Assembly: GCA_965223665.1 (NCBI GenBank)
Contig: OZ245011.1
Span: 1,024,001 to 1,088,000, forward strand
DNA length: 64,000 nucleotides
DNA from: Nitrospinaceae bacterium
GTDB lineage: Bacteria; Nitrospinota; Nitrospinia; Nitrospinales; Nitrospinaceae
Reading direction: 5' to 3'
A model generated the notes under the pieces. That model was not told the origin of the DNA. It saw nothing but the letters and a program-made list of their open reading frames with translations, and did not search any database. The position numbers were made by a program, and so were the translations under genes. Every line of letters starts with the position of its first letter. Positions within the stretch are counted from its first letter, which is position 1. Positions 20,502 to 29,981 of the stretch are shown piece by piece.

Positions 20502-22586
20502 TTGAAAATGAAAAAAATGAAAAAATTAGTTAGTTGTAATTCCGCTCGAAATCACAGAAACTTATTTAACCTCTTACTATTAATGATGACGTTTAGTATA
20601 TTGCTTACAAATCCATTAGCTCAAGCACAAGAGACTGATGTAGGAAATGAAGCGATCATAGAAGGTAAAGTTGTCATATTACATGTAGATGAATTTGAAC
20701 GTGGAAAATCACGTTTTGTATACTTTATAGAAGAGAAACAAACCAAGGATTGGTTAGAATTAGATTTTCCCAACAAACCCCCAAAAGGTTTAAAACCAGA
20801 ACAAAAAATTAAAGCTCGTGGTCGAGCTATGGGTAAAAAATTTCAAGTTGAGGAAATAACTGAAGAACCCCAAACGGAACCCTCCACAGAAATACAAGAA
20901 AATACTATTCAAGGTGCCGGCCAGTCAAAAAATGCAATTGTTATGGTAGTAAATATGTCTACCTCCCCTAATTACTTTGACGCCAACACAGTAACTTCAG
21001 TTGAGTCCACAATGTTTTCAGCAAGTAACTCCATGGACAACTTGTATTTGGAAGCTTCCTTTGGACAATTATCTTTCCCTGGAGACCAGCAAAACAATGT
21101 TGTTCTAGTTGAAATTCCATACACAGAAAATTGCCCTTACTACACCTTCGCAAGCGCTGCGGACACAGCAGCAACTGATGCAGGAATTGATCTCTCTCAA
21201 TTTCAACATAAGGTTTATCTTTTACCTCCCAGTTCCATTTCGGGTTGTAGTTGGCTTGCTTTGGGACAGTTGGGCACTTACGGAACAAATTCCACTTTAA
21301 GATCATGGAGTACTAAAAACGATTCAATTGCTTTCGCCCATGAAGTGGGTCACAACCTGGGATTTCATCATGCCGCTACCGACTTAGGAAATGATGGCAC
21401 CATGGATAAAGAATACGGTGACACCTCTGACCTTATGGGATATTGCTGTAGTAAAAGAAAATTAAACAGCGTTCATGTAGATCAAATTGGTTGGTATAAA
21501 GATGCTATTCTAGCGGGAAGTGTTGTTAATGTTTTATCAAATGGAACATATTCTTTAGCTCCATTGGGTACAGATCCAAGCACTACAACCCACCCCCAAA
21601 TCCTAAAAATTGATAAAACAGATTCATCTGAAACTTATTACCTTTCTTATCGTCAACAAACCGGTTTAGATGCTGGAATGGCCAGTAAATATACAACCGG
21701 AGTTTCAATTCACCGTGGAAAGGAGTCCGGACAATGGTCTTATGAGCTAGCAGTTTTAAATAGTGATACCAACAATCAGTTTGTCGATTCTATTAATGGA
21801 ATCACGGTCACCCAATTGAGTAATGACACCAATGCGGTAACAATCGAAATTTCCTTTGATAATTGTGTTCGAAATGCGCCTACTGTTTCTGTAGGCCCAA
21901 CCACTCAACTAATTTCAGACTTAGGTGATGGTAGTGGTATATGGGTAGATCCTGCCTATACTGTCACGGTAACGAATAATGACAGTCAAGGATGTACAGG
22001 TACTGATTTTGTATTGCGGGAAGGAGAATTACTCGACTCTGATAACAATCCGATATCGGCGGCAATACTTTTCGATTTTGAAAATACCGCCATGCATCTA
22101 CCACCAGGAAATTCATCTTCCACATCTTTAAATGTTCAAATAGGAAATGTAATGGATGACAATTTTACTTTTTCAGTGGAAACCTCTGCCGCCGACACGG
22201 CTGATCACTGGCACCATGGTTCGGGTTCTGCATCCATTCAAGTAGATACTACTCCGCCTAATCCTCCAACCAGTTTATCAGTGGCTGCGAAAGGTAAGAA
22301 AATGGTGGAATTGAATTGGCAACCCGCGACTGACGGAAATGCTGGAACAGGTATCCAATATTACAGTATTTTCAGAAATGGGACTTGGATTGGAGATACT
22401 ACAAGCACTCTCTACCAAGACAAGGATTTTTCTAAATCGGGAACTAATGATTATTGGGTGACCGCAACCGACAGAGCTGATCATACTTCTTTTAATTCAG
22501 AAACTGTATCTTATCAAAATGGTGGAGGTTCTGATTCAGACGGTGGAAGTGGCGGCAAAGGAGGAGGAAAAGGTCGAAATAAATAG
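20502..22586 (+). CDS. Secreted zinc metalloprotease (M11/M6-like metzincin) with C-terminal Ig/FN3-like domains
   Basis: Signal peptide, HEVGHNLGFHH, EYGD..DLMG Met-turn, DTTPPNPP..W..ATD..Y..FRNG FN3. Confidence 0.85.
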   Translation: MKMKKMKKLVSCNSARNHRNLFNLLLLMMTFSILLTNPLAQAQETDVGNEAIIEGKVVILHVDEFERGKSRFVYFIEEKQTKDWLELDFPNKPPKGLKPEQKIKARGRAMGKKFQVEEITEEPQTEPSTEIQENTIQGAGQSKNAIVMVVNMSTSPNYFDANTVTSVESTMFSASNSMDNLYLEASFGQLSFPGDQQNNVVLVEIPYTENCPYYTFASAADTAATDAGIDLSQFQHKVYLLPPSSISGCSWLALGQLGTYGTNSTLRSWSTKNDSIAFAHEVGHNLGFHHAATDLGNDGTMDKEYGDTSDLMGYCCSKRKLNSVHVDQIGWYKDAILAGSVVNVLSNGTYSLAPLGTDPSTTTHPQILKIDKTDSSETYYLSYRQQTGLDAGMASKYTTGVSIHRGKESGQWSYELAVLNSDTNNQFVDSINGITVTQLSNDTNAVTIEISFDNCVRNAPTVSVGPTTQLISDLGDGSGIWVDPAYTVTVTNNDSQGCTGTDFVLREGELLDSDNNPISAAILFDFENTAMHLPPGNSSSTSLNVQIGNVMDDNFTFSVETSAADTADHWHHGSGSASIQVDTTPPNPPTSLSVAAKGKKMVELNWQPATDGNAGTGIQYYSIFRNGTWIGDTTSTLYQDKDFSKSGTNDYWVTATDRADHTSFNSETVSYQNGGGSDSDGGSGGKGGGKGRNK

Positions 22587-22591
22587 ATCCC

Positions 22592-22624
22592 AGGTGGGCC
22601 CTAATGGGCCCACCTAAATTTTTT
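22592..22624 (+). terminator. Rho-independent terminator
   Basis: AGGTGGGCCC-TAAT-GGGCCCACCT followed by a T-rich tract. Confidence 0.85.
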
Positions 22625-22719
22625 GTTCCAACCTATATTATATTCCGTCCCAAATCTTTAAAGTCAATTTAAACCTCCTCATAAATAACTTTCATATCAT
22701 TCCATATTTTTTTAATCAG

Positions 22720-22748
22720 TTGACTTCAAGGCGGCGATCATCTATTTT
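22720..22748 (+). promoter_or_regulatory. Putative sigma70 promoter for tRNA-Pro
   Basis: TTGACT-17 nt-TATTTT. Confidence 0.45.
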
Positions 22749-22836
22749 GATTATCAGCTATTTGCATTTATAAATCGTAAGCATTATTAATGCAAACTTC
22801 ATCCTCAAGGTATTTTTCGAGCACACAATTAAAGGT

Positions 22837-22914
<78 letters not shown>

Positions 22915-22925
22915 TTTTCAATGAC

Positions 22926-23597
22926 TTACGCGAAGGCTTTATGCTTCAGGTAGAATTTCGTAGAATTTTTTCTACCCCCTCTACCCTTTTCCATTTGCTC
23001 TATAGCTCCGCGCTTTTGTTCAGGCGCTAAGTGAGCATACTTCCATGTTGACTTAATATCTAAGTGGCCCATCAACTCTTGAACCACTTTCAATTCCACT
23101 CCCGATTGGATCAATCGGGAAGCGAAATCATGTCTCAAATCATGAAATCTAAAATCCTCAATTCCAGCTGCTTTTATGATCTTAAAAAAAACCGAGATGC
23201 ATAATCATCCTTGATAGGCTTCCATGTTTTCTTATTCAGAATCACATTCTTATAACGCAAACTCCGAACCCTTTTTAATTCGAGAAAGGCTTCCTCAGTT
23301 TGTAAAATAAATGGGATCATCACCGGTTTTTTATTCTTAGTCTTTTTAATAACAGTGCAGCGGTTTTTAAAATCCACATCGTTCCATTCCAAACTCACAA
23401 GATTATTTCGACGAAGGCCTGTATTTCTTGCCAACACAACCACAGGCCGAAACCACCGAAATTCATCCTGTTTTAAAACTTCAAATAATCTAAATTCCTC
23501 TTCTTCCAGCAAATACCGAACCCGCGGTTCACTGCCTTTAGGTAGCCTGATCGTGGCCATTGGAGATTTCCAAATTATTTCCCAATCTTCTGCAGCC
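22926..23597 (-). pseudogene. Tyrosine recombinase/integrase catalytic domain; N-terminus lost, frameshift in T8 run at 23184-23191
   Basis: RVRYL, TGLRRNN (R), KTKN (K); after the shift [22 protein letters not shown] (HxLRH), MGH, KYAH (Y). Confidence 0.88.
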
Positions 23598-24169
23598 AAT
23601 TTCAATAAATAGCTAATTGGCAACCTTAAATATTTTTCTTCTTTTTTTGAAAAAACAAACCGACTTAAGTCTCCTCGGAGTCCTTCCCTTTTATTTTTTT
23701 TATTAGCTAATAGGTCATTATTAAATATTTCATTGGCATAGGGATTGAGGCGTGTAACAGGAAAACGAACCCAACTATTATCCCAAATTCCCTCTTTATT
23801 TGACTCAAGATATTTTTCTAAATTGGTTATTAACTTTTTAGAAGTTTCTCCCGTGCGGGATCTCGTTAAGAGATTTTTAAAATAATTGGATTGTTGAATT
23901 GAAATGGGAAGATCTACCCTTTGAGTATCACCAATTACCACTGTTTGAAGTTCAGTTTCAGATCCGGCCGTAGTGTCATTAACTGAAAAAGGCAAGGATT
24001 CAATAAAATATTCAGAACTTCCGGGTAAAATCCCCAATGATTTAAATACATTTTGTAAAGTTTTTGATTCTAAAGGCTTTTTTATTTTTAAAAGCAAACT
24101 CATAGATAATTTCCAACTGAAAAAAGTTAGCCACTTAACCCCATTTCCCTCGCAAGGATCACCTTTCAT
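23598..24169 (-). pseudogene. N-terminal ~190-aa fragment of an unrelated hypothetical gene fused to the integrase remnant
   Basis: AAGGA RBS; DTTAGSETELQ..WDNSWVRFP..RLPISYLLKLA carries no integrase features and switches abruptly into integrase sequence. Confidence 0.6.
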
Positions 24170-24306
24170 TAATTCCTTGAAATAATTATCTATTGGATTT
24201 GTTATAGCGTAAATTTAATTGGATTAGAAACTTGGTAGGGTAATAGTCAGATATAACAAATTAGGTTTTTTCAAATATTCCAGCCTTATTTTTCAAAAAC
24301 CTGCGG

Positions 24307-24339
24307 TTCTAACATAATTCTAATAATCTTCAAATAGTT
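24307..24339 (+). promoter_or_regulatory. Pho-box-like 11-bp direct repeats upstream of the GAK-like operon
   Basis: TTCTAACATAA / TTCTAATAATC / TTCAAATAGTT, followed by a -10-like TATTAA/TAAGGT. Confidence 0.45.
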
Positions 24340-24453
24340 GTGTATTAAGGTTAAGGGTAGAAAATATAAACAATTAATCTCTAGGGGTTCATTTTGATTA
24401 TTATCCTCCCTAAGTAATTTCAATATGAAGACCACCTAAGGAGTATTCAAATT

Positions 24454-25656
24454 ATGTCTCAACCTAATGCAAAACCCAATTTAGAAAATACTGCGATTTC
24501 AAAAATTGAAGATCGCCGCAAGAAAAGATTTCAGGAACCCATTGTATTAACCGAAGGCATTACCGAATGGGATCAGGAAGCATATAAAAAAATTACATCT
24601 ACTGAATTAAATACCGAGCAAATTGATCAGGTAATTAAACCTCACCAAAACTTTCCACAACAATCTGCGGTTGTTGCTTTGCACTGGCACCCTGAATTTA
24701 TTCCGATTGAATTGATTCGTAAAAGAGTAGATGCCATGTTTCCCAATAAAAGAGAGGAATTAATAATCCCTACCGATCATAACGTTTTAAAATCCTATGA
24801 TGGAGTTTATACGGGGGTGGAAGTAGATTGCTTTTCAAGGGAGTTCAATAGAAAGGTCCAACTTCTTATCCATTTTGAAAATTCAAAAATAGAAGACGCT
24901 GGAGTTTTAAAGGCTATGTTAAATCATACCCTAAGGTATCGCTCCAGCCAGTTATTTGAACTCTTAGATTCACTTGTGAATCCCAAATGGGAACATCGAA
25001 TACAATTGGCGGCTAAAACGGCTGGTGCCGACGATGATCTTATTCGTTTCGTAAAAGTGCATGCTACAAAATTGAAGAACATGCTATTTCAAAATGAAAC
25101 CAATACTCCAATGATCCATATCAAAAACAAATTAATTGTTAATTTTCTGGACATGCACCTTGAATTTTATGATGAAAAGGTCATCAGTAGAGCCCAGTAC
25201 CTGGTTAAATTAGTTAAAAACTATGTAAAAAAAGATTTTAGTCATGAGTATTTTTATCAAACTCAAGAAATAATTGATGAAACCCGCTCCTTAGGCGGGG
25301 GAATAATTGTCCCTCATCCGGAGCAGTTTTGGCCTATATTGCTTGCTGAATATGATGTTGACGGATATGAGGTTTGGAATCCTCAATCAAGAGAATATAC
25401 CGAGTTTCTTATCAATGTAGTTTCAAAGCAAAATAAAACTAGAGCAAGAGGAAACAAACCTCTTCTTATTTTTATGGGAGATGATACCCACATGGGAGAA
25501 AAGGTCAAAGCTCCAGAGCAACAAAATAAAGAAAAAGCCAGCCGGCAAATTGGTTATCAATCCGCCTGGGAAGATCTTGCAATTCGAAAAGTTCTTTCCA
25601 TTGCTAACACCAATCGGTCAAGGCTGATTGAAGAATACAAGTCCAGACTATATTAA
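24454..25656 (+). CDS. PHP-fold metallo-phosphoesterase-like protein
   Basis: HWH, TDHN, GVEVD, PHP, DGYEVWN and GDDTH match PHP metal-ligand motifs in order. Confidence 0.75.
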   Translation: MSQPNAKPNLENTAISKIEDRRKKRFQEPIVLTEGITEWDQEAYKKITSTELNTEQIDQVIKPHQNFPQQSAVVALHWHPEFIPIELIRKRVDAMFPNKREELIIPTDHNVLKSYDGVYTGVEVDCFSREFNRKVQLLIHFENSKIEDAGVLKAMLNHTLRYRSSQLFELLDSLVNPKWEHRIQLAAKTAGADDDLIRFVKVHATKLKNMLFQNETNTPMIHIKNKLIVNFLDMHLEFYDEKVISRAQYLVKLVKNYVKKDFSHEYFYQTQEIIDETRSLGGGIIVPHPEQFWPILLAEYDVDGYEVWNPQSREYTEFLINVVSKQNKTRARGNKPLLIFMGDDTHMGEKVKAPEQQNKEKASRQIGYQSAWEDLAIRKVLSIANTNRSRLIEEYKSRLY

Positions 25657-25692
25657 GTTGTTTTATTAAAACTTTAAAAAGGGAGAGGTGTT

Positions 25693-25983
25693 ATGGCCTC
25701 ATCAGGGGACGAGTTCGCTTATCAATCCCTCCAGGATCCTGACTCCATTGTAAAATATTTAGAAGCTTTGGGTGAGGGAATTAAAGGAGGAAGTTTGCTT
25801 TTTGGAACCAAAAAGAAAAAACTTATTCTTGAACCCAATGGCTTAATGAAACTGGATGTTAAAGCCAGACGAAAAGATAAGAAGGTGAAAATTGAAATTA
25901 AAGTCAGCTGGTCACAGGGAAAAGAAGGCAAGGATGGAACCTCAGATACTCTGGAAATCAAGCCGGGAAAAAAACGTGATTAA
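25693..25983 (+). CDS. Amphi-Trp domain protein
   Basis: YLEALGEGIKGG..LILEP..LDVKA..IEIKVSW pattern; strong RBS. Confidence 0.85.
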   Translation: MASSGDEFAYQSLQDPDSIVKYLEALGEGIKGGSLLFGTKKKKLILEPNGLMKLDVKARRKDKKVKIEIKVSWSQGKEGKDGTSDTLEIKPGKKRD

Positions 25984-25985
25984 TC

Positions 25986-27641
25986 ATGAAATTTGTTGAA
26001 AGTATTATTTCTGGAAAAGGAATTGACAAAAATTTTAAATTAATGGTTTTGGAAGTTACCAAACAAGTCGAAGATACTTCAAAGGTAATTGAAAAACCAA
26101 ATTCAAAACTTGTGTCAAAAATTGACGCAAGAGATGATTACATTGATAACCTTAAGAGTGTAATAGAAAACAAATGTTTTTACGTAAATCTCAAGCATGA
26201 ACTAGATAAAAAAGGTTTAGATGTCATCCGGGCCGTCAATATTATTGGATCTAATCTCGAGCACCTTGCGGATCATGCGGTCGGAATTGTTTCCCAGGTT
26301 TCCCACTTAAAATCTCTCAACCAACTTACCCGTTTTAAATGTAAATTATTTTTTGATGAAATTCTTACTGGCTTAAGTTTAATTACTAAAGCATTTTTTA
26401 ATCAGGATATTAGTCTAGCATTGAAAATTTGCCGCACTGAATTTAACACGGATGTCCTTTTCGATAAAAACTTAAAGCTAATTATAGAAAATCTGGAAAA
26501 AGGAAAGAATGCGGGAGATCTTATCACCATTCTATTTGTTTTAAATTATCTTGAGCGAATGGGAGACACTATTTTAAATATTGGAGAAGCCATTATTTTT
26601 TCAATCATTGGAGAAAAACTAAAAATTCATGATTATGAAGCTTTGGAAGATTCAATGAGTTGTCACAATATGAAAAATGAAATTTCAAATCTTGAAATTC
26701 AATCCTATTGGGAAACCAAGTCCGGCTGTAAAATTAGTAGAGTCAAAGATGAAACACGAACGGATAATGAATCAAGAGTCATTTTTAAAGAAGGCCGAAT
26801 TAAAAAATTAGAAAAAGAACGGGAAAGTATTCTTCTCTGGGAAAATATTCAACCAGGCTTACCTCCAAAAGTATATAGCTTTCATAAAAATGGCAATAAA
26901 GCTTCAATATTACTTGAATACTTAGACGGGCAAACTCTCCTGCAAATTATTCTGGATTCTCATAAAGGACTTCTTAATGATGCGCTTGCGGGAATTCGAA
27001 AAACTCTTTCAAATATTTGGACAAAAACCAAAAAAGATGAAGGAGTAAATGCTGGGTTTATTTCACAACTTCAATCAAGATTAGACGACATCTTCAAAGT
27101 CCACCCTGAATTTGAAATCCCTGAAAAAAGAATCGGATCTAAGGAAATATTTTCTTTAAATACTTTGATTAATCAAGCCCAAAGAATTGAAAAAGAATTA
27201 AAAGCTCCTTTTTCAGTTCATGTACATGGGGATTTTAACATTGACAATATTCTTTTCAATCGTAATACCCAATCAATCCACTTTATAGATCTTTATCGGT
27301 CTGTTGATCAAGATTATGTGCAGGACCTATCCGTCTTTCTAGTATCCAATTTCCGACAGCCTGTATTCGAACTTTCCATTCGTGAAAGATTAAATCAAAC
27401 TATAGATTACCTTTATAATTTTGGTTTGAATTTTTCAAAAAAATATAATGATTCAACTTTCCAAGCACGCTTAGCATTAGGGTTAGCAAGATCTTTGTTT
27501 ACCTCAACTCGATTTGAGGTGGATAATTATTTTGCCGAAGCTATGAAAATGAGATCTATTTATTTATTGGAAAAGTTAAATGACCATAAAGGAAATTTAT
27601 GGGAGGACTTTATCCTTCCAAATGAAATACTTTATTTTTGA
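25986..27641 (+). CDS. PhoU domain fused to aminoglycoside-phosphotransferase-like kinase
   Basis: Two PhoU repeats (DDYIDNL..IE, LEHLADHAVGI, LERMGD..LNIGE); kinase HGDFNIDNI and FID. Confidence 0.88.
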   Translation: MKFVESIISGKGIDKNFKLMVLEVTKQVEDTSKVIEKPNSKLVSKIDARDDYIDNLKSVIENKCFYVNLKHELDKKGLDVIRAVNIIGSNLEHLADHAVGIVSQVSHLKSLNQLTRFKCKLFFDEILTGLSLITKAFFNQDISLALKICRTEFNTDVLFDKNLKLIIENLEKGKNAGDLITILFVLNYLERMGDTILNIGEAIIFSIIGEKLKIHDYEALEDSMSCHNMKNEISNLEIQSYWETKSGCKISRVKDETRTDNESRVIFKEGRIKKLEKERESILLWENIQPGLPPKVYSFHKNGNKASILLEYLDGQTLLQIILDSHKGLLNDALAGIRKTLSNIWTKTKKDEGVNAGFISQLQSRLDDIFKVHPEFEIPEKRIGSKEIFSLNTLINQAQRIEKELKAPFSVHVHGDFNIDNILFNRNTQSIHFIDLYRSVDQDYVQDLSVFLVSNFRQPVFELSIRERLNQTIDYLYNFGLNFSKKYNDSTFQARLALGLARSLFTSTRFEVDNYFAEAMKMRSIYLLEKLNDHKGNLWEDFILPNEILYF

Positions 27642-28540
27642 AGGAATTAATTAACGTGGGTCAATTAAAAGTTGGGGTAGTGGGAATTCCAGGAAATCAT
27701 TCTTCCACTCAGTTGGTAAAAGCTTTTGGAAATCGTATCCAATATGAATGCCTCATAGATATGGAAAAGATTTCCGCTGATCTACACTTCGGTCAAGTGT
27801 TTTTTAACGGAATCGACTTAAGTAGTTTAGATGGTCTAGTAGTCAAAAAATTAGGCGCTCAATATACTCCGGATTTGTTGGATCGTTTGGAAATTTTAAG
27901 TCTTCTTCATCACAGAGGGGTTCCTGTTTTTTCAAACCCAGATAGTCTTAAAAATTTGTTAGACAGACTAAGTTGCACAATTCGTTTAAGAAAACATAAT
28001 ATTCCCATGCCTCTAACGACCATTACAGAGGATGTAGACCTTGCTGTAAAAGCAATCAATGTGTATGAAAAAGCAATTTTAAAACCTTTATATACGTCAA
28101 AGGCCCGAGGAATGATTGTTTTGGAAAAATCAAATAATTTGCGGGAAAAAGTTGAAGAATACAAACAAAGTGGACATCAGATAATTTATATTCAAAAAAT
28201 GGTTCCCATTCCAGGAAGAGATTTAGGAGTGGTTTTTTTAGGAGGAGAATACCTGGCCACTTATTCCAGAGTTGCAAACAAGGAGGCTTGGAACACCACT
28301 ACGGTTTCTGGAGGAAAGTACGAAGGCTATGAACCCTCAAACCAGGTAATTGAATTAGCCCGAAAAGCCCAGGCCCTGTTCTCCTTAGACTTTACATGTG
28401 TAGACGTAGTTGAAACTCCAGAAGGCCCCTTAGTGTTTGAAGTATCTGCGTTCGGTGGATTTCGTGGATTAGAGGAAGCTTACGGAATGGATGCTGCAGG
28501 ACTTTTAGCCGATCACATAATAAAAAAAATCAATCCATGA
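27638..28540 (+). CDS. RimK-like ATP-grasp ligase, GAK-system type (GTG at 27656 is the likelier start)
   Basis: KPLYTSKARG, YIQK, WNTTT..GG, VDVVET..FEVSAFGGF. Confidence 0.88.
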   Translation: MKELINVGQLKVGVVGIPGNHSSTQLVKAFGNRIQYECLIDMEKISADLHFGQVFFNGIDLSSLDGLVVKKLGAQYTPDLLDRLEILSLLHHRGVPVFSNPDSLKNLLDRLSCTIRLRKHNIPMPLTTITEDVDLAVKAINVYEKAILKPLYTSKARGMIVLEKSNNLREKVEEYKQSGHQIIYIQKMVPIPGRDLGVVFLGGEYLATYSRVANKEAWNTTTVSGGKYEGYEPSNQVIELARKAQALFSLDFTCVDVVETPEGPLVFEVSAFGGFRGLEEAYGMDAAGLLADHIIKKINP

Positions 28541-29625
28541 AAAAAGAAACCCTTAAAGTTACTGAAATTGTAGAAAATCTGAGAAAAGAATTTGAAACCT
28601 CATATCAACTGTTTCTCAAATTTGGCCAATGCAATATATGTGTTAATTTAAATTCTCAAGCTCTTTTAAAAGATTTAGAATTTTATTACAAGGACTTTAT
28701 AACTCACTCCGACGATACAGAAATCCAAATAGCCGCTATTGAAGCTCCCGAACCCCGCTTCCCCGTTGATTACACGATAAAGCAACCTGACCCCGGAAAA
28801 AAAAAGGTAAAAGAAGAGTATGCGAATCTTCTAGATGGGCGCATTGTAAGGAAAAGACTAACAGGTATGCACTTTATTTTCGGGAATGGAAATCATTGGG
28901 CAATTGGACCTTCCGTAAAGAATTCCAACCAAGTAATTAATTTCATAAATAATCGTTATATACAATGGTTGGTTGATCGTGGTTTCCTTTTAGGACACGC
29001 TGCAGGGATTGAGTGGAATGGTCGGGGTTTGGCTTTGGCCGGTTTTTCAGGTATGGGAAAATCGACTTTGGCGTTGCATATTTTAAGTCGTGGTGGAAAT
29101 TTTGTTTCAAATGATAGGTTACTGGTGAAAAAAAATCAGAACCAACTAAAAATGCATGGGGTTGCCAAACTGCCGAGAATTAACCCCGGCACGGCCCTCA
29201 ATAATCCCAACCTTGAAAAAGTAATGTCAGAAAAAGATAAAAATCTTTTTAAAACTCTTTCACCAGAGGAATTATGGAATTTGGAACATAAATATGATGT
29301 ATTTCTGGATCAGTGCTTTGGTGAAGACCGATTTGTCCTGGAAGCAAAAATGGACTGCCTGGTCATTCTTAATTGGGATAGGAACAAAGAGCAAATGGAA
29401 TACCAGGAAGTTAACCTTCGAGAGAGAGAAGATTTACTTCAGGCATTTATGAAATCGTTAGGACTATTTTATGAAAATGAAGGTTCACTTGAGGTTCACC
29501 AACAAGAACCCGGTTTTTATCTAGATAACCTGGAAAGTTGTAAAGTGATGGAATTTAAGGGTGGTGTAGATTTTGACAAAGCCGCCGAAGTTTGCATTCA
29601 AATTTTAGAAAACAATTTTAATTAA
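28537..29625 (+). CDS. HprK-related kinase B
   Basis: HAA, Walker A GFSGMGKST, SNDR, PRINPGT. Confidence 0.88.
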   Translation: MKKETLKVTEIVENLRKEFETSYQLFLKFGQCNICVNLNSQALLKDLEFYYKDFITHSDDTEIQIAAIEAPEPRFPVDYTIKQPDPGKKKVKEEYANLLDGRIVRKRLTGMHFIFGNGNHWAIGPSVKNSNQVINFINNRYIQWLVDRGFLLGHAAGIEWNGRGLALAGFSGMGKSTLALHILSRGGNFVSNDRLLVKKNQNQLKMHGVAKLPRINPGTALNNPNLEKVMSEKDKNLFKTLSPEELWNLEHKYDVFLDQCFGEDRFVLEAKMDCLVILNWDRNKEQMEYQEVNLREREDLLQAFMKSLGLFYENEGSLEVHQQEPGFYLDNLESCKVMEFKGGVDFDKAAEVCIQILENNFN

Positions 29626-29659
29626 TCTGTTAATTTAATCCAAAATTTTGGAGGGTACC

Positions 29660-29953
29660 ATGGAAAAAAAATCTGTATCAATGAGTCAAAAAATGGAATT
29701 AGAAAAGGTGGCTTTCTATTTGGAAGATCTCCTGGCCAGCTTGAAATCGGGAACACTATGCATTCAACAAGGAGAAAATCTTGTAACATTACATCCTAGC
29801 CAATTTGTTGATTTTGAAGTTGAAGCAGCTTCTAAAAAAGGGAAAGAGAAGCTCTCCATAGAACTCAACTGGCGAAACGATAAGGAAGAAGAACAGAAAG
29901 AATTTAAAATAATGTCTCAAGAACCTGTTGAGGAAGAAGTCGCGGCTGAGTAA
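29660..29953 (+). CDS. Second amphi-Trp domain protein with acidic tail
   Basis: GGAGG RBS; YLEDLLASLKSG..LHP..FEVEA..KLSIELNW; ends EPVEEEVAAE. Confidence 0.85.
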   Translation: MEKKSVSMSQKMELEKVAFYLEDLLASLKSGTLCIQQGENLVTLHPSQFVDFEVEAASKKGKEKLSIELNWRNDKEEEQKEFKIMSQEPVEEEVAAE

Positions 29954-29981
29954 GGTTTTAAAAATATTTTTCTGCTGGATT

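Noticed and set aside
23174-24169. 331-aa ORF as an intact integrase
   Set aside because: N-terminal 190 aa are unrelated to integrases and the HxLRH/Y motifs lie in another frame
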